From assembly GCA_041651015.1 (NCBI GenBank), contig JBAZKA010000005.1, positions 1,326 to 65,325 of the forward strand: 64,000 bases of DNA, written 5' to 3'. Both the position numbers and the translations under genes were made by a program. This DNA comes from Patescibacteria group bacterium. GTDB taxonomy: Bacteria; Patescibacteriota; Patescibacteriia; Magasanikbacterales; GWA2-37-8. Positions 49,124 to 57,916 of the stretch are shown here, in pieces. Position 1 is the first letter of the stretch. Every line of letters starts with the position of its first letter. The notes under the pieces were generated by a model that ran no database searches, was not told the origin of the DNA, and was given only the letters and a program-made list of their open reading frames with translations.

Positions 49124-49265
49124 AATCCTACCTGCCCCGACCTAAATGCGTCGGGGCCTATATTGTAAAGAGCAGGTTTTGCCATTAAATGGCCTATATT
49201 TCTATTTTAACCCATTTTCGTGGGTAAAACAAGATATATTAGCACGTTTTGGGGGATTTGTCAAG
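49124..49265 (-). promoter_or_regulatory. Conserved promoter/leader of unit 2, with an extra hairpin at 49134-49157
   Basis: TTGACA-17-TAATAT, TGCTCTTTACAA; homologous to 47280-47396. Confidence 0.7.
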
Positions 49266-49312
49266 CCCCCTGCTGTGTGATATGATGGGAGGGTAAAAAT
49301 GATGCAATTTAT

Positions 49313-49600
49313 ATGACTGCTACGCAAAAACAAATTAAAAGTGCTGTCTTACCCATATTAAAAAAATACGGTGTTTTAAAGTCTGCGCTTTTCGGATCGT
49401 TTGCCTCCGGTGAACAAAATAAAAAAAGTGATGTGGATATTTTAGTAAAGATGCCTCGCGGCAGTAGCTTGTTTGAATTGGTGGATTTACGTGTTGAGTT
49501 AAAAGATAAATTAAAACGTGATGTGGATCTTGTCACATATGAGTCAGTGCACCCTCGGCTTAAAGATAAAATTGCGGCATCATCCACCAGTATCTTATGA
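49313..49600 (+). CDS. MNT (MntA-like) minimal nucleotidyltransferase antitoxin
   Basis: LFGSFASGE..KSDVDILV, L.RDVDLVT. Confidence 0.88.
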   Translation: MTATQKQIKSAVLPILKKYGVLKSALFGSFASGEQNKKSDVDILVKMPRGSSLFELVDLRVELKDKLKRDVDLVTYESVHPRLKDKIAASSTSIL

Positions 49601-49962
49601 AGAAAGATAAAGACACACAAGTATTTATTGAACATATTTTAGATTCCATTGAAGCGATTGAAAAATATATCGCCAATATGCCGTTTGAAGACTTTGCTAA
49701 AAATGGTTTAACTCAAGACGGCGTTTTCCGACGGCTGGAAATCATCGGTGAAGCGGTCAAAAATATACCCATAAGTTTTAGAAAAAATTATCCGGATATT
49801 CCTTGGCGAAAAATTGCCGGCATGCGCGATTTTTTAATTCATGAATATTTTGGGGTAGATATTAGATTGGTTTTTGAAACGGCAAGCGGGCGTTTACCAA
49901 AATTTAAACAACAAATTTTGGAAATTAAGTTTTCCGAACCGGCCTTGAAACTAAGGAAGTGA
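49597..49962 (+). CDS. HepT/DUF86 HEPN ribonuclease toxin
   Basis: RRLEIIGEAVK, IPWRKIAGMRDFLIHEYFGVD (RX4HXY motif). Confidence 0.9.
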   Translation: MKKDKDTQVFIEHILDSIEAIEKYIANMPFEDFAKNGLTQDGVFRRLEIIGEAVKNIPISFRKNYPDIPWRKIAGMRDFLIHEYFGVDIRLVFETASGRLPKFKQQILEIKFSEPALKLRK

Positions 49963-49986
49963 ATATTCGGTCATTATTAAGTTATT

Positions 49987-50021
49987 TTTCCTTCGGTTCC
50001 ACCGCCGACACCGGCTGTAAG
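49987..50021 (+). repeat. Junction repeat copy 3
   Basis: 34/35 identical to 47901-47935; encodes FGSTADTGCK. Confidence 0.88.
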
Positions 50022-50029
50022 GAAGAACC

Positions 50030-50233
50030 ACTGAGCGAAATTGCTGGACTTGAATTAGATGAAAATACGTTAGATGATTTGGATAAAATTAATGAATTTA
50101 ATATTCGCGCCAGATACCCGGATTATAAAAATGAATTTTATAAAAAATGCGATAAGAAATATGCGAATAAATATTTGGTAATCATCAAAAAAATTTATTT
50201 AAATTTATGTCAAGGCTTGAAGCAAAAAAATAG
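50030..50233 (+). pseudogene. 5'-truncated HEPN gene fused to the junction repeat
   Basis: LSEIAGLEL..LDKINEFNIRARYPDYK is a HEPN C-terminal half; the N-terminal half is missing. Confidence 0.7.
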
Positions 50234-50520
50234 TCAAAAAATACGCGGAAGTATTGAAAGATAACAAATTTCCTTTTTTCGCGATTTATCTTTTCGGTTC
50301 GCACGCCAAAAATCACGCGAGTCGTTGGAGCGATATTGATGTGGCGGTAATCACCGATCGTTTAAACAGAGATAATGATACGGCGAGATTTGACTTAAGA
50401 AAATATCGCCGTGCTGTTGATGTGCGCATTGAGCCGCATGGTTTTAACGTAAAAGATTTTGCGGTTGCCGCTGATCCGTTGGTGCATGAGATTAAGAAGA
50501 CGGGGATACGCATTGTTTAA
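50207..50520 (+). pseudogene. MNT nucleotidyltransferase with a 1-nt frameshift in an A7 run
   Basis: MSRLEAKK/IVKKYAEVLKDNKFP..YLFGSHAK....SDIDVAV..IEPH..EIKKTGI; one extra A at 50224-50230 restores the frame. Confidence 0.7.
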
Positions 50521-50656
50521 ATTAAATATTTATAAACGCGTCCAAATACGGCGCGTTTTTTGTTTGCCGCCGACCGTGGTAAAAAATATGCAAATGTAAA
50601 TATAACCGCCTTGTTTTTGAAGACAAGGCGGTACGGATAAACAAAGAGCAATTTTT

Positions 50657-51187
50657 TTACCATGAGATGTGGATTATGGCAAGATCAGGGTCATGACCTA
50701 TTATTTCATTCTGATAATAGGAGTCACTAGCGGGACAAAACTTTATTTCCACCCCCAGCCCCCTTGATTTGATATCAGAAATCACGAGATTGAGTTCATT
50801 ACTGGCTACAAGTGTACGTCCGCCCCAGAGACGTTCTTCCACGCTGTACCACGGTAGCCGATAATTGCTCTCAAAATGAGCTATGGAGAAAATCTCGCTG
50901 TGCGTGAACACTTTAATATCATTATTTTCATAACTTTTTTTACGAACCGGGTCGCTTCTATCCATAATGACAAATGAATTTTTATCTTCCTTGGCAACTT
51001 TTGTAGCTATTTCCATAATTGCCGCGACATATTTATCCGCTTGTCTTTTGATAAATTCCGGCGAGCTTGTAATGCGGCGTAATTCATCAGCCGCTTTTTC
51101 CTCTAGAAATTTACGTTGCTCATTTTCTTGCCGTGCTTGGCGCATCAGATCGTGGAGCTGCGTGGCTGTTTTGATTTTTTCATTCAT
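50657..51187 (-). CDS. Hypothetical protein (176 aa)
   Basis: GAGGAGG RBS before MNEKIKTA. Confidence 0.65.
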   Translation of the reverse strand: MNEKIKTATQLHDLMRQARQENEQRKFLEEKAADELRRITSSPEFIKRQADKYVAAIMEIATKVAKEDKNSFVIMDRSDPVRKKSYENNDIKVFTHSEIFSIAHFESNYRLPWYSVEERLWGGRTLVASNELNLVISDIKSRGLGVEIKFCPASDSYYQNEIIGHDPDLAIIHISW

Positions 51188-51434
51188 GGGAGCCTCCTCA
51201 TGCAAATAGATGCTGTTTTGATACAAAAAATTGTCAAAGAAGTTAACTATATCAATTGAGTATATTGAAGCATAAAACAGTAGTGCGGTCAAGTATAATA
51301 AGGGGAAAAGTTCGGTGGCATTATTAGTTAAAACGCCTTTACCTATTGTGGATAAATCCCAATACTTTTAAACTTTGTCTTGCCGCGTCCTTTGTGCTAT
51401 AATAACATCATAAACGTAAGCCCGATTCGGCTTT

Positions 51435-54400
51435 ATGAATAATTCCCTCCTGAACAAGGGGAGATGGTTGTGGCAGAAAATTAAACCGCGAAGGCGGCTT
51501 GGTTTTGTTTCCATATTTTTGCTAATGTCGGTCTTTTTGTTCGCGATGTTTGTGGTGGGAATCCATCCGGCGTATGCCGATTTTGGCAGTACGCTTTCCG
51601 AGTGGTTAGGAAATTTAGTTTTGGGATTGGCGGCGACTTTCATGTCCATTACGGTTTTTATTTTGAAATTCGTCATTGAAATCGCCAGCTATAATCATTA
51701 TATCAACGCGCCGGCCGTCACTCTCGGCTGGGTGTTGGTGCGCGACGTCACCAACATGTTTTTTGTTTTGATTTTAATGGTGATCGCGTTTGGCACAGTT
51801 CTCGGCATAGAGCAATACGAATGGAAAAAATTATTGGTCAAGTTTGTCATGGCCGCCATACTGGTTAATTTTTCTCGTTTGATTTGCGGCGTCATCATTG
51901 ATGCGGCCCAAGTGTTTATGATGACTTTTATTTCCGGCGCGGCCGCGACCGCTGGCGGAAATTTGGTCAATGCTTTGCACATGAATGATATTTTAGCTTT
52001 TGCCACCGATGCCGACCCGAGCGCGTTGAGTACTGATATAAATGTTCTTGTTTCAGCAATAGTCGCTTGTATTTTTGCCTTTACCGCCATGGTGGTGATT
52101 GGCGCGTATCTACTCATGCTGATTGCACGCGTCATCGCGCTTTGGATTTGCATTATTTTGTCGCCGTTGGCTTTTGTGCTTGGCGTAATTCCCAAATTTC
52201 AATCTTACGCCAGCCAGTGGTGGACTGAATTTACCAACAATGTTTTGTCCGGGCCGGTGTTGGCATTTTTTTTATGGTTGGCTTTTGCCGTGGCCGGAGG
52301 CGCTAACATCCACGATGAATTCACCGGCGCCAATTCCGGCTATCCAATTACAGATGCGGAAACCGCCATGCAAGAGGCATCGACAGCCACCGGCGGCGAG
52401 CCGAGCATGAACCTTAACAAAGTTTTGCAATGGGAAAATTTAGCGAATTTTATTTTAGCGGCGGCATTGTTGCTGGCCGGCGTGAAAACCACGCAAAAAT
52501 TATCCGCGGCCGGAGCTGGTATGCTTGGCGCCGCGGCCGGCGCAGCCACTAAGTTTGCTTATGCGGCGTCCGGCGCCGCGGCCGGTTTGGCCGCCGCCAA
52601 GTGGACGGGGAAGACGGCAAAGGCCGTGGGAAAAGGTATTGCCATGAATGTGCCGTTAGTGGGAGGAAATGCATGGAAAGAACGGGGAGAAAATTTAGCG
52701 TTGAACGCGAAACTTGGGATGCAAGCAGGGAAGGATTTTTATAATAGACAAATACTTGAACGTGGGTCGCATGCCTTTGCTCGAACAAAGCCCGGCAAAT
52801 TCTTGGCAGCTGCTGGGGGTGTCGTTGGCCTGAATAAAGGAGATATTTCTAGTCAGTTTATGATTGGTACTAGGGCGGCGCAAATTAAAACGAAGAAAGA
52901 TATGCTGGAAAATCGTATTAAGCTTGCTGAAACATCTGTAAAGGAACCGGAAGATCTAAAACAAAAACAGGCTGATCTCAAGGCCAACGTTGAGCTCGGA
53001 AAACTAATAAAAGCCGGTGTTATTGCAAAACGTGATGAGCAGGCGTGGAAAAATCTTGAGGAGAAAATTGCGCCTGATAGTAAAGGTAGGGGTGAAAAAT
53101 TAGTTGACATGGCTGCCAGCATGCAAGCAAAGGCTGATTTGTTTGAATCTAAACACAAACAAGAACAACAAGTAAGGTTGTTATCCGCGAAAGAAGATGT
53201 TTTGCGGAAAAAAGCCGGTGAAACCGGCATTGGAGGCTACACGGTGGAAGCTGATAAAGCCAAAGCTGAACGCTTGGGGATTGAAAATGAAAAAATGGTG
53301 AAGGAGGCCGGCGGTATTGATAATTTAACTGATCAACAAAAATTAGAATTTCAAAAAAATAAACAATTTATTGATATTTCCGCGGCGCAAACAAAATTAA
53401 TTGAAGAACAAACTCAGGTCGCCGGTGAGCAAGCTAAACAGGTGTTGTTGACCGGTGCTGGCGAGGAATCCGGGCGCTTAGAAGGCATTCAAGGGCGCCA
53501 AGCTGAGTTGATGAAAGAAAAGGAGTTGATTACCCAAGATAATCGCGCGATTGAAGAAATTAGACAGCTAAAGCGTATAGAGGAGCTATTGCGGACAAGC
53601 GGAAGAATGCAAGATTTAAACAGCAGTTTGCATGGAAATAAAATTGAACTGGATGACGCGAAAATAGAAACCGATCGGGCGACTTCGGAACTAAACGCCA
53701 AAAGCTATGAGGGTAAAGGCCGAGATGATTTGGCGCGTTTGGAACACGCAAAATTTGCGAACAGTTATTTTAAGAAAATGCAGGAAAATTTTGCCGATTA
53801 TAGTTATAATGATTTTGCAACTGAAGCCCCGGCGCAATTTAAACGTGTTCAGGATGCCGCGGCAGCATATGATGGCGTGAAGGGGACAGGTAGTCCAGAC
53901 GAAGCCGAAAAAACGAAAGCGTACCAAAAAGAGGCGGCCAAAACCGCGAGCTTTGTAGCTCTGAGCATGCGTGACGCCTCAACTTACAAAGCAGTTGAAG
54001 ACGCGGCAACAAAGGTGATCCCTTACACCGGCGACAGGTCACCGGAAAACAGGCAAAATATTCTCGCCTCAATGATTAGCGGACGAGACATGAAAGGTAA
54101 GAATAGTGTTGAGCTTAATAGCGAATTAAGCGGTCTTAATAGAAATAATCAGCACCAAGTTAATGCCATGTTGAAAATTTTGCAAGACAACGCCAAGACA
54201 TTGGCCTCTAAGTCTGGCTATGCTTCAGTGGTATCTGGTGTCAAATATGATACGGTGAAGGGAAACTATTCTCTTGGTTATAATAAAGAAGATGCTGATT
54301 ATTATTCTACCCATGCCAATATGCGTGAGGCAACGAATGCCTACCACATAATCTATCAAGACAAGACAGGTGATCTCAACATCGACGTGCACAATGAAAA

Positions 54401-54659
54401 TGCTTTTATAAGTCAAGTTAAGAACGCGGATCAAAATAATGTGGGTCGCGTGTTCCTTCCCGCGTTAATGGCTGACTTGAATGAAAAAATGGAAGCCCTT
54501 GATCCTGCTAAGCTGGATGGATTCCTAAAACATGTAGCCGAAGGCATGACAGACGACAAAGCACTTAAAATTTTAATCAAACGCATGGAGAAAATTTTGA
54601 AAAAATCCGGTAAAACAGAGGCGGAAATTTTAAAGTATTGGAAAGATTCGCATAAGTAA
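51435..54659 (+). CDS. VirB6/TrbL-like polytopic membrane protein with a long helical C-terminus
   Basis: GWVLVRDVTNMFFVLILMVIAFGTVL, LVNFS, R...LW..IILSPLAF..P..Y..QWW..F; Ala/Gly-rich linker. Confidence 0.7.
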   Translation: MNNSLLNKGRWLWQKIKPRRRLGFVSIFLLMSVFLFAMFVVGIHPAYADFGSTLSEWLGNLVLGLAATFMSITVFILKFVIEIASYNHYINAPAVTLGWVLVRDVTNMFFVLILMVIAFGTVLGIEQYEWKKLLVKFVMAAILVNFSRLICGVIIDAAQVFMMTFISGAAATAGGNLVNALHMNDILAFATDADPSALSTDINVLVSAIVACIFAFTAMVVIGAYLLMLIARVIALWICIILSPLAFVLGVIPKFQSYASQWWTEFTNNVLSGPVLAFFLWLAFAVAGGANIHDEFTGANSGYPITDAETAMQEASTATGGEPSMNLNKVLQWENLANFILAAALLLAGVKTTQKLSAAGAGMLGAAAGAATKFAYAASGAAAGLAAAKWTGKTAKAVGKGIAMNVPLVGGNAWKERGENLALNAKLGMQAGKDFYNRQILERGSHAFARTKPGKFLAAAGGVVGLNKGDISSQFMIGTRAAQIKTKKDMLENRIKLAETSVKEPEDLKQKQADLKANVELGKLIKAGVIAKRDEQAWKNLEEKIAPDSKGRGEKLVDMAASMQAKADLFESKHKQEQQVRLLSAKEDVLRKKAGETGIGGYTVEADKAKAERLGIENEKMVKEAGGIDNLTDQQKLEFQKNKQFIDISAAQTKLIEEQTQVAGEQAKQVLLTGAGEESGRLEGIQGRQAELMKEKELITQDNRAIEEIRQLKRIEELLRTSGRMQDLNSSLHGNKIELDDAKIETDRATSELNAKSYEGKGRDDLARLEHAKFANSYFKKMQENFADYSYNDFATEAPAQFKRVQDAAAAYDGVKGTGSPDEAEKTKAYQKEAAKTASFVALSMRDASTYKAVEDAATKVIPYTGDRSPENRQNILASMISGRDMKGKNSVELNSELSGLNRNNQHQVNAMLKILQDNAKTLASKSGYASVVSGVKYDTVKGNYSLGYNKEDADYYSTHANMREATNAYHIIYQDKTGDLNIDVHNENAFISQVKNADQNNVGRVFLPALMADLNEKMEALDPAKLDGFLKHVAEGMTDDKALKILIKRMEKILKKSGKTEAEILKYWKDSHK

Positions 54660-54667
54660 AACATATT

Positions 54668-55663
54668 ATGCAATCATTTCATCCAAAATTAATCGGTTCA
54701 AAAACATTTGAAGAATTGTTCAAGGATTTTTTTGAAACCGCGCGATATGATTCTGTGCAAATGGAGGTGACGAGATTGGAATTATTCAGTTTGTTTGGCG
54801 AGATGAGCATAACTGAGATTCAGGAGTATCGCCGGACTTATTGGCCATTTTATGTTTATGCCATTTGGTCAAATCCTTTGGATGTTCGCCCGGAAGTAAT
54901 GATAAAGAATATTGCGATTCAATTGCCCGATGCTGTGCGGCTGGGTTTTGATATTTTAGATAAAATTCTTTCATACGCGAATTTTCGTTTGACATTGGAG
55001 CCGGACATTCAATCATTTTTTGCCAAGACGCGCGACGCTTTGGAGAGATCCGACTGGCCGATCGGCGTATTGCCAAATGGTAAAATTTATACAATTGCCG
55101 ATTGCGTCAAAGAGGTTATGATGAATGAAAGTAGAGCGAGCAACAGTATGGAATATGCCGAGCTGTATCAGAAATTATCAAAGCTGATATTTCCAAACGG
55201 TTTAAATGATGAGTTGTATAAAAAAGAATATATTTATATTACGACTCACGAGGCTGTTGATAATTTGATCAAAATAATTACCGTGTTAACACAAAATTCA
55301 CCAGAGACCCTTACTCAATTAGTTGATCAATATGCACATCCGGAGATTTATGACCCTGATTATGGCATGAATATAAATATTAAAACTGAACCTGTGATGT
55401 CAAGTCAAGATGGCAAGCCTTCATCACCCATAACCCCACCCGCAAACCCTATGCCCCCAACTCCACCCCTCGTCAAACCCGCGCCCGCGGAAATCCGCGC
55501 GAAAATTGATGCCGCGTTTGAAAAAGACGCGCAAGGAAATTACAAAGATTTAGATGGTGTGTTTATTGTTTTGGGACGTGCGGCCGCTAAATACAACGAC
55601 CCAAAGATCGCCGAATTATATTATTTTGATGACAATGCCGGTGAGTTTAAATGGAATGTTTAA
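54668..55663 (+). CDS. Hypothetical protein
   Basis: 331-aa ORF within the cluster; Pro-rich linker before a short C-terminal domain. Confidence 0.65.
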   Translation: MQSFHPKLIGSKTFEELFKDFFETARYDSVQMEVTRLELFSLFGEMSITEIQEYRRTYWPFYVYAIWSNPLDVRPEVMIKNIAIQLPDAVRLGFDILDKILSYANFRLTLEPDIQSFFAKTRDALERSDWPIGVLPNGKIYTIADCVKEVMMNESRASNSMEYAELYQKLSKLIFPNGLNDELYKKEYIYITTHEAVDNLIKIITVLTQNSPETLTQLVDQYAHPEIYDPDYGMNINIKTEPVMSSQDGKPSSPITPPANPMPPTPPLVKPAPAEIRAKIDAAFEKDAQGNYKDLDGVFIVLGRAAAKYNDPKIAELYYFDDNAGEFKWNV

Positions 55664-55664
55664 T

Positions 55665-56780
55665 ATGACAGATGAAGTTTTAATCCCAGTCAAAAAATTA
55701 GACGGCACGGTGGAAAAAATCACCATGGCCGAATTTCAGACTCGGCAAAAAAATAAACAGCGTGCCAAGACGGCCGTGGTAATTACGCAAAAACCAATTT
55801 CGCCGGCACAAACTGTCGTCATTCCCGCACCCACGACGCCAAAGACGGTTATCAATGAAAAAATTAAAGAAGAACCGGCGTTGGAAGAATTACCCAAGAC
55901 AACCGCTAATGCCCCGCGAGTCAGTCCGGATAGAAAAGCCGAGGCTGGGGAGATCGTTCGCAAATTAAATTTACAAATTTCATCTGATGCCAAAAATCGT
56001 TTGCTTGGTTTGGTTCAACTGCGCCTCAAAGATGTGCGCGGCGAGGAAGAAGTAAAAGAATGGCTCGTCCGTTCGGAAAATCAATATGGCATTGGTTTAG
56101 ATGCCGTGGCCGCGGATAAAGTTATCATGGCGGTTAATGATTTTATCAAAAAAAATATTCCCCAATCCGCTGAAGTTCCGGTTTTAAAAAAACCTCTCGG
56201 TGTGCCTAAAGCGCTTTTGAAAGAAGACCAAGAACCGTTCCCGGCCACATCATCCCCGATAAATTCGTTTGTGCATCGTAGCACGCCAGAGCCCCAAAGG
56301 GGCGAAGGTGGCCTTGGCTCGCCGAAGCAAAAAAGCGAAGGTGGCCGTAAATCTTTGGATGATTTGGTACGCGCCGAGTCCGTTAATATGGGTAATGATA
56401 TTTCCGGCCTGGTGGCGAAAAGAGAAATGCCGGCGCGGACAATGGTGCAAGATATTACGCCGGCCAAACCGGCCAATCTCGGGCCGGTGGAAGAAATTCG
56501 TTATTTCACGCTGACTGATTTTCGCCGGCTGTCCACCAACCCAAATGAAGCCGCCTCGCGTCTGGCGCAAAAATTTACGAATCTGCGGGACGAGTCGTAT
56601 ATTTTATTTATGAATGCTTTGGAAGCGTGGCGTTTGAGCCCGTTGTTTAATGATTATATTGGCGCTTCGGCCGCATCATTGAATATGAAAAAGAAAGTGG
56701 CGGAAAATATGGCTGATAAAAATAAAATTCAGATGAACGAAATTAAGGCCTTGATACAAATGGAGAAAGATTTGCTATAA
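55665..56780 (+). CDS. Conserved hypothetical protein of the T4SS-like cluster
   Basis: RLKDVR and GPVEEIRYFTLTDFRRLS..AWRLSPL blocks; REP-like insertion at about 56278-56346. Confidence 0.65.
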   Translation: MTDEVLIPVKKLDGTVEKITMAEFQTRQKNKQRAKTAVVITQKPISPAQTVVIPAPTTPKTVINEKIKEEPALEELPKTTANAPRVSPDRKAEAGEIVRKLNLQISSDAKNRLLGLVQLRLKDVRGEEEVKEWLVRSENQYGIGLDAVAADKVIMAVNDFIKKNIPQSAEVPVLKKPLGVPKALLKEDQEPFPATSSPINSFVHRSTPEPQRGEGGLGSPKQKSEGGRKSLDDLVRAESVNMGNDISGLVAKREMPARTMVQDITPAKPANLGPVEEIRYFTLTDFRRLSTNPNEAASRLAQKFTNLRDESYILFMNALEAWRLSPLFNDYIGASAASLNMKKKVAENMADKNKIQMNEIKALIQMEKDLL

Positions 56781-56784
56781 TACT

Positions 56785-57222
56785 ATGGCGATGCAAACAC
56801 AATTTGTCGTGCCGCAATTCATTGATGTGGAAGACAAGATTTTTGGACCGGTGACGGCACGCCAGTTTGTGATTTTGTTGGTGTCCGGCTTGCTCATTGT
56901 ACTTGCTTATAAGTTGGCGGATTTTGCTTTATTTGTTTTTATCTTGGTGATATTGGGCGGCGGATCGCTGGTCATCGCTTTTGTCAAAGTCAACGGCCAA
57001 CCATTTCATTATGTAATTTTGAACATTATTCAGACATTGCGTCGTCCATCGCTCAGAATTTGGAATAAAGTTTTTGACACGGCGGATTTGAAACGCATAC
57101 GCGAAGAGGCGAAAGTAGTGGTGCCGGAAGCGGCTAAACCGATTCAGCGAATATCTTACAGCCGTTTGCGTGATTTATCCTTGACGGTCAATACCGGCGG
57201 ATATTATAAATCAGAAGACTAA
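56785..57222 (+). CDS. PrgI-family (VirB3-like) protein
   Basis: QFVVPQFIDVEDKIFGPVTARQF, two TM helices, KVNGQPF. Confidence 0.8.
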   Translation: MAMQTQFVVPQFIDVEDKIFGPVTARQFVILLVSGLLIVLAYKLADFALFVFILVILGGGSLVIAFVKVNGQPFHYVILNIIQTLRRPSLRIWNKVFDTADLKRIREEAKVVVPEAAKPIQRISYSRLRDLSLTVNTGGYYKSED

Positions 57223-57224
57223 CT

Positions 57225-57911
57225 ATGAAAAATAATAATGCGGTCAAAAAACGCGCGGCCATCCCATCTTCACAAAAGAATTTGGCTTTGGCGGAAATTA
57301 AAAATGACACCATCTTGATGAAAGATGGGACTTTGCGCGCCGCTTTGGTCGTGTCCAGTATTAATTTTGCCCTCAAGAACGAGGATGAACAGCAGGCTAT
57401 TGTTAGCGCCTATGTTTCATTTTTGAACGGCTTGGACCATCCTTTACAAATTGTCATCCAATCTCGGCAACTAAATATTAAACCATATTTAGAAAAGTTG
57501 GCGCAAAAAGAACGCGAACAGCCCAACGAATTATTGCGCATGCAAATTGCCGACTATAGGTCCTTTGTCGGCGAGCTGGTCAGCCTGGGAAAAATTATGA
57601 GCAAAAATTTTTACGTGATTGTGCCATATGATCCGCTCTCAAATAAGAAACGCGGTTTTTGGGCGCGCGCGTCCGAAGTTTTAAACCCCGCCATCACCGT
57701 GCACCTGAAAGAAGAAAGATTTTTGAAACGAAAATATGATTTAGATATGCGCGTCCGCCAAATTGAATCTGGCCTCACCAGCATGGGTTTGGAAGTGGTG
57801 CGCTTGGATACGCAATCGTTGATTGAATTATTTTATTCAACTTACAACCCGGACATTTCATTGTCCGAGCCGCTCGCGCCAATCGGGGATTTTAATATAG
57901 AAAACGCCTGA
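57225..57911 (+). CDS. VirB4/TraC N-terminal-like protein
   Basis: VSSINFALKNEDEQQAI..Y..FLN.L..PLQIVIQSR, KNFYVIVPY. Confidence 0.7.
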   Translation: MKNNNAVKKRAAIPSSQKNLALAEIKNDTILMKDGTLRAALVVSSINFALKNEDEQQAIVSAYVSFLNGLDHPLQIVIQSRQLNIKPYLEKLAQKEREQPNELLRMQIADYRSFVGELVSLGKIMSKNFYVIVPYDPLSNKKRGFWARASEVLNPAITVHLKEERFLKRKYDLDMRVRQIESGLTSMGLEVVRLDTQSLIELFYSTYNPDISLSEPLAPIGDFNIENA

Positions 57912-57916
57912 TTAAT

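Noticed and set aside
45953-50021. 35-bp repeats as a CRISPR array
   Set aside because: Spacing is about 2 kb, the repeats are protein coding, and there are no cas genes.
49959-50264. 101-aa ORF as a real gene
   Set aside because: It is a chimera of spacer, junction repeat and a HEPN fragment.
46341-50560. Classical integron cassette array
   Set aside because: No tyrosine recombinase, and I could not find convincing RYYYAAC...GTTRRRY attC sites.
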